Translations under genes and position numbers: made by a program
In this document: positions 61,601 to 64,000 of the stretch, one piece after another
Layout: every line of letters starts with the position of its first letter
Position numbering within the stretch: the first letter of the stretch is position 1
Origin: a virus
Taxonomy: Duplodnaviria; Caudoviricetes
Length of the DNA: 64,000 bases
Virus record (IMG/VR): IMGVR_UViG_3300032247_001693
Coordinates: 23,996-87,995 of that record
Direction: 5' to 3' (one strand)
The notes under the pieces: generated by a model
Database searches by the model: none
The model's input: the letters and a program-made list of their open reading frames with translations, nothing else
Told to the model about the DNA's origin: nothing

Positions 61601-63993
61601 CTTCTGGTATGGGAGCACGAAATTTAGGAAATCCTACTGTTGCTGGAAGTTTGGCTAGATTTAGCGGACTTAGAAGAGCAGGCCGAATGACTGGATTAAC
61701 TAGAAGATCTCAAAGAGGTTTAAATAGATATCGTAGTGAAATTAATGCAGTAGCTGAGTCGGATATGGTAGGAGATTTATTCGGTAATAAAATAAAAACT
61801 GGTCAATATATTATCCCCTCTGTTTTCAGAGGTTTGGGGAATGCTCAAATAGCGGCTGGTCGTTCTCTTCTTGGAATGGGAAGTAATGTAAATGCTCTGA
61901 GTATCGCGGGAAGAGCTACTGATAGATATGCACTACCAGCGGCCCAAAAAGCTTTAGGGTACGGCATTCCAATGCTAAAATCAGCAGGTAAAAAAGGTGC
62001 TCAATTTGGAGATTCTGCTATTAGTTTTGTAGGGGGAATGCCGGGAAGAGCAATGGGCGCAACCATTAGAACTCTTGATAAATTTAGACTTTTACCGGGA
62101 GCTAGAGCAAGAAATATCGCAAGAAGAGCGGCAGCGAGAAATAACTCTCTTCCAACTGGTTCACCTGCTCAACAAGCAGCATCACAAGCGACGTCTCAAT
62201 ATCCAACACAACAATCAATAGCAACAATAGTTCAACAAGCACTAGAAGAACAGGCAGTACAACAGGCAGCAAAAGCGTCAGTACAACAAATTGCTAAACC
62301 TAGAGTTAGAATGGGATTAGCTGATTATATATCTCCGCAGGGAATAGCAGCAGCAAAAGAGATGTCTTCAAATACTTCTAAACGTAGAATTAAAATACCA
62401 GGAGCTAATTCTATATTTCCACAGGCAGCAGCACAAAAAACAGCTAAACCTAGAATGACATTAGCTGATTATCTATCTCAAGAGGCAGCAGCAAAAACAG
62501 CAGCAGCACAAAAAACAGCGACAGTACAACAGGCAGCAAAAGCTAAACAAGTAGCAGTAATTCCAGAAGATATTATGCTAAACAACCCCGCCCTATCTAT
62601 TTTTGGAAGAATTAAAAATTTCTTTTCAGGTAAAAAATTATCTCCAGCAGAAATATTAGAACAAAGGATGAGAAAAGAAGGTAGATCAGTAAGTAACTTT
62701 TTGTCTAAATATGCTAGTTCCAAAGAAAAAGCTAGAGAATTAAGAAAATATTCTGATATTGTAACACCTTCACACTTACATATTTCTATAGATCCCGACA
62801 TGGCTAAGTTAGGTAAACTTGGAAAATATAAGTCCAGTGGAGAGTTTATTTTTCCGAATTTATCTCCAGCAAAAGAACATATTGCTCATGAATTAACCCA
62901 TAGTTTTCAAGATATTAGTAATAGTAGACAGTTTGGATCTTCTATAGGTAGAATGAAATTTTTTTCAAAGAGTAAGGGAGGAGCAAACGTACTAACTAGA
63001 GAACAAGCTATTGCTAAAAATAGCGAGTTTGGTGGCTACTTTATAGATCAAGAAACACTAGACGCTACTAAGTGGGTAAGTCAAAAATCTATAAATAGAT
63101 TTTTAAATGGACGAAAAGGTAGTGGGGGATATTCTGATTTAATAGGAGACGCTAAGAATTTTTATAGTGCCGACAAAATAAAAGAGAATCCAGTAGAATT
63201 ATTATCGTCTTTAGTTCAAGCAAGATCATTACCGGGATTTAAGCAAAATAAACAAGCTCAAAAATTGTTACGTCAATTAGTGAGATTTTATGGATATGCA
63301 AATGGTGGAATAGTAAATGCTAATAATGGAGTTTTAATAGAAGCTCAAAATAGGGGAGGTAGAACCGATAATCTTTTAGCCGGATTGACTACTGGGGAGT
63401 TTGTTACGAATGTTGCAGCAACATCTAAACATCGTCCTCTATTAGAAGCTATTAATAGAAGTAGGGGTGGTCCAATTGAGCCTATGAGATATATGGCTAA
63501 TGGGGGATTTGTAGCCCCCAGATATTATTCGGGTGGTTCTGCTGTTGGACCAACTGGTACTGTTCAACAAAATAATAATAATGGTGGTGTATCTAATGGT
63601 GGAAGTGGTAGTTCGTTAATTGAAGCACTAGCTACTCATCAAACTAACTTGGCCGATTTTAAAGAAGCAGTATCAGCATTGGGCTCTTATATGGATTCTT
63701 TTAATCAGTCAGCTACTACTTTTGGAGGAGCGTCGGAAAGTATTAATAGTAGTATTTCTAAATTTGGAGAATCAGCAGAGGTGGTGTCAAATTTACCATC
63801 TAGCATAGCCTTTACACATGCAGGAGAACATAACGTAAAGATTCAAGGGGCTCAGGCTTTATCTGCTATGGATGAAACAATGAGAGGTTTAATTAATGAT
63901 AGTATGCGTCAAAGTTTGAGTAATTTAAATATTAATTCTTTTGATGGTGCATTGGGTGATCCTAATGGAATTATAGGTAAAGGTAAAGCATAA
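49675..63993 (+). CDS. giant tape-measure protein with inserted enzymatic domains (4772 aa)
   Basis: N-terminal TP901-type TMP pattern; four DT/K.xAxLTxGE(F/R)V modules; GVAGAGKS P-loop; two HELTH motifs. Confidence 0.85.
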   Translation: MAQAFNLTAQLNLRGPTNVNAVVTNIRRQIGNISANVSINVNASTANNIAQLNTRLAALNTTLRTTTTRATSASQAIRQLGQAFSSVHVGNIPAQINAAATAIGNLHRANANVHRGLAQTSTEMEEFGRQAGLAIRRFSAFSTVSGVIFGLTNAITQGLKAFIDYDREIVKLQQVTGESAAGLAGLGKTISTLATSLGVSSSELTTVSSTLAQAGLSARDTEKALKALALSSLAPSFDDMNKTVEGSIALMRQFGISAGDLDKALGSINAVAAKFAVEASDIVTAIQRTGGVFATASKGVSEGTDALNEFMAIFTSVRATTRESAETIATGLRTIFTRVQRGSTIEALKEYGVNLQDLDGKFVGAYKAVELLSKGLNSIDPRDMKFSQIVEELGGFRQIGKVIPLIQQFTTTQEALKVAQQGQGSLAKDAATAQLSLANQIIKVREEFLTLFRTIGSSDTFQVMIKGALSLSSAFIRIADSIKGILPALAIFAAFKGASAATQFIGGFAGAVRGGQRRAEGGPIRRFASGGFVPGSGDGDTVSARLTPGEFVIRKKAVQAIGVDNLHQMNRYAEGGSVRSSKNTGDVSRNNRYFDGGTVKELISKTKGGSTIANYQKNNSDIIQDTDRVKSNRDSIQYRLTDDDKRELFNSTLNSSGGRNRFVKGGIKRYNKVEWADTFESIIAKKYGYSKTSDIQKYGPSFAQDLENAKGEFAEVKFTKNPVSLEHLVSKKLRTILQTRPKSSWGFTSSPNDQNDLGAIKVFELAEGEKDNFVKEYRGKKFDPKYNPKRLNTGGLVQKFAAGDVVKRSIGYIDRDVLADQENSAIVGPEMERLKIKEFSEYKMYLSKLAIAARKKGDVSKLTPIVGVAGAGKSSLVQGRGTDTGRLRQTTRFPILTAQDISRATQILDITSTVTPEKLDAFLKDADKPVSISSSTKEEMEEIIRRRGERVITRKNLFGREPNSTDKAPVDSGPLEAMLASEINPKKIITLGVKTGGGFNIKRDTGVSVENTKIASFTGFLGPTQRGHESQMDISASLGFKPENFVAVVTGNESIDSSDPDPHSYRSAILDQDSRTIMARAAFEARGGRVAKLPQDIGFNKVPHILEIEGGKNGKRHFVRAKKGSVALTQGKTSGQVQKYIDAGFISHNVEERTGGFSGTQARQAILDGNIPEMQKILSPEVFALVSKNLSQIQNRSNILPKIVSKIEQNKQKLLAPIKEQIDSFPIKRIDTKKLAAEGKNSEYGRMVDQLVELRNSREKIKKSGGFEPFSLIRKLEKRYPDRYRLNFGGASSGLQEGILKTATSSKVSRQAEPLSPESLSFLESTLPKIPTKVESSVLDQFFKGKLIPKDPSIYGEFAGKYVDQVTKKVNRDSYSSQLTPEKLAYYSATKDFLYKGYSADKIAEREGIISSVAKSTKVGIVGLQPADFASVKQPQMLGGENVTMFIQGLSSKYEKDVAKVRKTLKRTVGAFGSNLEKTSGVSKTPLREMRQEEENASGMANVEGAVLEMVLSRLGAVGGTVQNRAIDYPNGLGARAAKFFPGIGPNWPTEVKRTLDYDALSDAKDEFIRYFSGKNGVSIEKKAEPVKMMAGGKVKEVFGSGKTKFPPSTQTAYEKATMKRRVRERFPDMYPTDERVFVDSSKVEEKFDSPEPFDLEKFKASFSGKVSRDSLITSLSDFAKFIGLPKDQLTKVLPTHLDFGGMRSAFHKMPTGSRGKEGFDLSSGWNEKDEQDLFGYERLLEKNQKEGGKIRKTALETYSDGSIRIDRIAEQKNIDESNNIRNKIFELGEKKRNTENSVIKEKTDFAKQTGRGVITLGGDTNRRPSNHVLYHELTHQLFNGLSTGSSDVFAKYSQRVNSLFDGDNNQLAEAFDALGEHEYKSADVVYGRSYKSSRLTDIIREKALKREKNGVAGVSYDPKEFDEAVILRGKADAANKAMQFKPLNPNVNKTLLANHTSQEVINAYEDSGKQEFLTTLVQKLPTLDSHLLSILDSTIESLLGDAGIKRQKFAMGGSAEDTVSALLTPGEFVINKKAAGRIGLDNLHKLNHADKISGFNKGGSVGGVQRFLTGGSVQAETDTLTANSPRATQNGFLPRLGPLDRSLMATNAQFTALGATITAIGGQLRAFTALQRTVGDKSLAQIKRAIRADIENTAAQGNMATQTEGLRRVLDQVVNVEQSATTSVRETVEARKRSTLGGRIREGLQGQGGFYASAAIGMLSGQAENIFGKKTGSAQNAGNVAGFEAATSTASTGFALASQSLALPIVGPAIASVVAISTALKTWQNALKASKEAIREFNDQLKVTRIQTGLEALAANLEAFNKDITNTERRDALEQKVGQVSSDINSRTPGLMTKALEDRQEQEKNRAYSASKFYDPNAGGKDTDIFDISQNFGNTLSMVLDKYIGTANGNPYEGLTSKTLGAEDYTKIAQAIQKERDPLAAAQISAFEAKVKLGETTFKDFSQANDAQSMSQKEAIARGNPEVDAELMRLENTMGKSSDQRTQALYQETKQNVINKAIENSAMMQGIDTTYKMTKAMEEAEKAGRKLGASFNRLISSSEQSLNKTNYELSKIDDSMSAAIEDFSGNARIRSVKSDAVNTLSNPKAYSDQKVEEAVKQAVSIIGTNTPEGQMMQGMLSIGNNIEKQMSGQVRLAAGNNASIDLGTGIGIARKSGNEEIDRSVLPTELKDQLKIQLNESLKGLEIKLGKEVGGTDSKSIEVDKLDKALEDGAKLATDNINKELNELAKKFLEFRVETFNKYTEALNQIAEKQAEAAGYFNKASDIVTEGALKLKEEMLGGSTSLGEIVADKVNKVGRLTGGIVDSNLIADNIRKLNAKVQDTDKNTSNSIKDQMDIAVQSGDFDKAKVLADSLQKANIELKNNQTALKSLADNTELVSAAMSRLNTITKAQEATKNASEKILTSSDEDLMKKDATYGRIQRRNAGQLVEATPEERADEFTLLNENKEIMKIQHQRNMKALKNRGFNVDDSEQGAEKEFNKLYARVTESMFHSSGGVGRYGREGSAIIDQSVSVSNSKANDPLYAEAVKVYSDAIKIQQDANMALGNLTMELSKDLMGQAVDRFNNSLPQFLQNLNEARSKDRAIESPQVDVHGRIVNVNTSNNGGPQPEQLAGNYSVPGVAPPVMPTVYASKGGVVYASAGQVINEGGGVGSLLRETSNTKYIQYETKGTDKIPAMLTEGERVTNKRSSTKYADILDAINKDPEGKLKFMLADHKADGGRVGFANGGAYKTIDIPQSSMQNSSWGNSRNDNTVSNYLENFGNAPELGSAASINEMQNSSWGKNNKKVPYSKPRLSPIGTRINRPDYYAEGGIVRSRQDLEAQINSEQNEARTIQETIKSRTEEYNSPENEERMADQQRASELKEAEDIASARGMIASAGAAADKPDFNRELAQRKAASKFQHKNGSNSWDKLTEQQKQQLIDAEVSGIDTLVAQHKENPFDLGTEKDRFMEAMNARAEQDSLVRKKSRSYSTYEEKTRLMTIDRNNDPNNPDPTPRSMLNDWDMAENKPNSFNESKIRYEAEGIALKNAGVDQWDIDHRGSGYSINNPNGISIEEARKQAGYQESVSAEAAKVREKEIFQSKTRLGIPANAEQERVAAVEAGTATDQQLLDYHASMTPSREAAQRTNSRNHLEDLMKFKAEKERADKWLEEYRQKYRQSTSNTTDTPQSPQPIPSPVDPANIPEPPMAPAPPTAPSPVPPTVPSPTMPTKPKSWIDKATNVISGATNAVVGATMAGVSAGAGLVDRSLGLGGKNLIDNSNPIISTIGYGGGVLEGIGNLAYGATNVIAGTAVAAASPVIAGAVSAAGYITGSPVIGEEALKGKRLNAELLAAQQNLLDRNKISSPEKQVHFNPKGSSGPSISDLQIQNEKSDISKYAGMNAIAGVGTSAVSQGLQTLPELADAISYPLGVSSVIQQGEKTALTKGNEERVNQSGSLGRITRNSQLFSQTMIGLAQFASGMGARNLGNPTVAGSLARFSGLRRAGRMTGLTRRSQRGLNRYRSEINAVAESDMVGDLFGNKIKTGQYIIPSVFRGLGNAQIAAGRSLLGMGSNVNALSIAGRATDRYALPAAQKALGYGIPMLKSAGKKGAQFGDSAISFVGGMPGRAMGATIRTLDKFRLLPGARARNIARRAAARNNSLPTGSPAQQAASQATSQYPTQQSIATIVQQALEEQAVQQAAKASVQQIAKPRVRMGLADYISPQGIAAAKEMSSNTSKRRIKIPGANSIFPQAAAQKTAKPRMTLADYLSQEAAAKTAAAQKTATVQQAAKAKQVAVIPEDIMLNNPALSIFGRIKNFFSGKKLSPAEILEQRMRKEGRSVSNFLSKYASSKEKARELRKYSDIVTPSHLHISIDPDMAKLGKLGKYKSSGEFIFPNLSPAKEHIAHELTHSFQDISNSRQFGSSIGRMKFFSKSKGGANVLTREQAIAKNSEFGGYFIDQETLDATKWVSQKSINRFLNGRKGSGGYSDLIGDAKNFYSADKIKENPVELLSSLVQARSLPGFKQNKQAQKLLRQLVRFYGYANGGIVNANNGVLIEAQNRGGRTDNLLAGLTTGEFVTNVAATSKHRPLLEAINRSRGGPIEPMRYMANGGFVAPRYYSGGSAVGPTGTVQQNNNNGGVSNGGSGSSLIEALATHQTNLADFKEAVSALGSYMDSFNQSATTFGGASESINSSISKFGESAEVVSNLPSSIAFTHAGEHNVKIQGAQALSAMDETMRGLINDSMRQSLSNLNINSFDGALGDPNGIIGKGKA

Positions 63994-64000
63994 AGGTAAA

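Noticed and set aside
21582-62801. Minus-strand ORFs in the late region (for example 21582-22061, 30625-31101, 39987-40475, 41067-41621, 60621-61025)
   Set aside because: Antisense shadows of well-supported plus-strand genes.
20990-63993. Stop-codon reassignment
   Set aside because: Long genes are intact and tightly packed in the standard code; no suppressor tRNA among the nine found.

Overview
64-kb segment of a large tailed dsDNA phage, probably infecting Planctomycetota (it carries a DUF1559 prepilin-type gene). No tail-sheath gene is recognisable, so the tail is probably long and non-contractile. (1) 1-18.9 kb is a minus-strand accessory/early region with 9 tRNAs, a candidate ncRNA cluster and about 50 small ORFs. 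It is divided into promoter-led modules by 18 copies of a 78-bp element with invariant geometry (9-7-9)-28-(9-7-9). The module promoters stack sigma70-, sigma28- and sigma54-like signals. (2) 19-20.8 kb holds DUF1559 and regulatory genes. (3) 20.9-64 kb is a plus-strand late region: phage sigma factor, gmd, nucleases, intein-containing terminase, portal, protease/scaffold, capsid, Hef-like endonuclease, adhesin/fibre genes, neck and tail genes, and a 4772-aa tape-measure protein carrying inserted kinase-, nucleotidyltransferase-, nuclease- and metallopeptidase-like domains. All calls come from manual reading and motif recognition; no database searches or folding programs were run.
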